DNA of 64,000 nucleotides from Escherichia coli (GTDB lineage Bacteria; Pseudomonadota; Gammaproteobacteria; Enterobacterales; Enterobacteriaceae): NCBI RefSeq assembly GCF_003018255.1, contig NZ_CP027440.1; one strand, 5' to 3'. Shown piece by piece: positions 62,681 to 64,000 of this stretch (position 1 is its first letter; each line of letters starts with the position of its first letter). The notes under the pieces were generated by a model. It saw only the letters and a program-made list of their open reading frames with translations, ran no database searches and was not told where the DNA came from. The position numbers and the translations under genes were made by a program.

Positions 62681-64000
<1,320 letters not shown>

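Overview
This window reads as a densely packed, syntenic stretch of an Escherichia coli / Shigella-type core chromosome, not an accessory island. In order it carries the end of the arn (L-Ara4N lipid A modification) operon (arnA' D T E F), pmrD, the menaquinone operon menFDHBCE, elaB, elaA, rbn, yfbL, yfbM, the complete 13-gene NADH dehydrogenase I operon nuoA-N, lrhA, alaA, yfbRSTUV, ackA-pta, yfcCDEFGH, folX, rpnB, the histidine / Lys-Arg-Orn periplasmic transport genes hisJQMP and argT, ubiX, purF-cvpA, dedD, folC, accD, dedA, truA, usg, pdxB, flk and the start of yfcJ. Gene calls rest on the supplied ORF track plus my recognition of the protein sequences and gene order; no search was run. 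I found no CRISPR array, rRNA, tRNA, IS element, integrase or phage module, and no convincing novel multi-gene system. The points worth a second look are: (1) a +1 frameshift in a homopolymer run that splits purF; (2) an internal Shine-Dalgarno plus ATG inside rpnB that would express its C-terminal domain separately; (3) two places where genes present in K-12 (elaD-yfbK and yfbN-yfbP) appear to be missing, the first leaving a 39-codon sORF with a strong RBS; (4) well-defined regulatory sequences (a sigma54 promoter and C/A-rich leader at argT, a PurR box at cvpA-purF, and palindromes between argT and hisJ). Start codons were adjusted where the ORF track over-extends (pmrD, menD, nuoG, yfbU, yfcC, accD, dedD).
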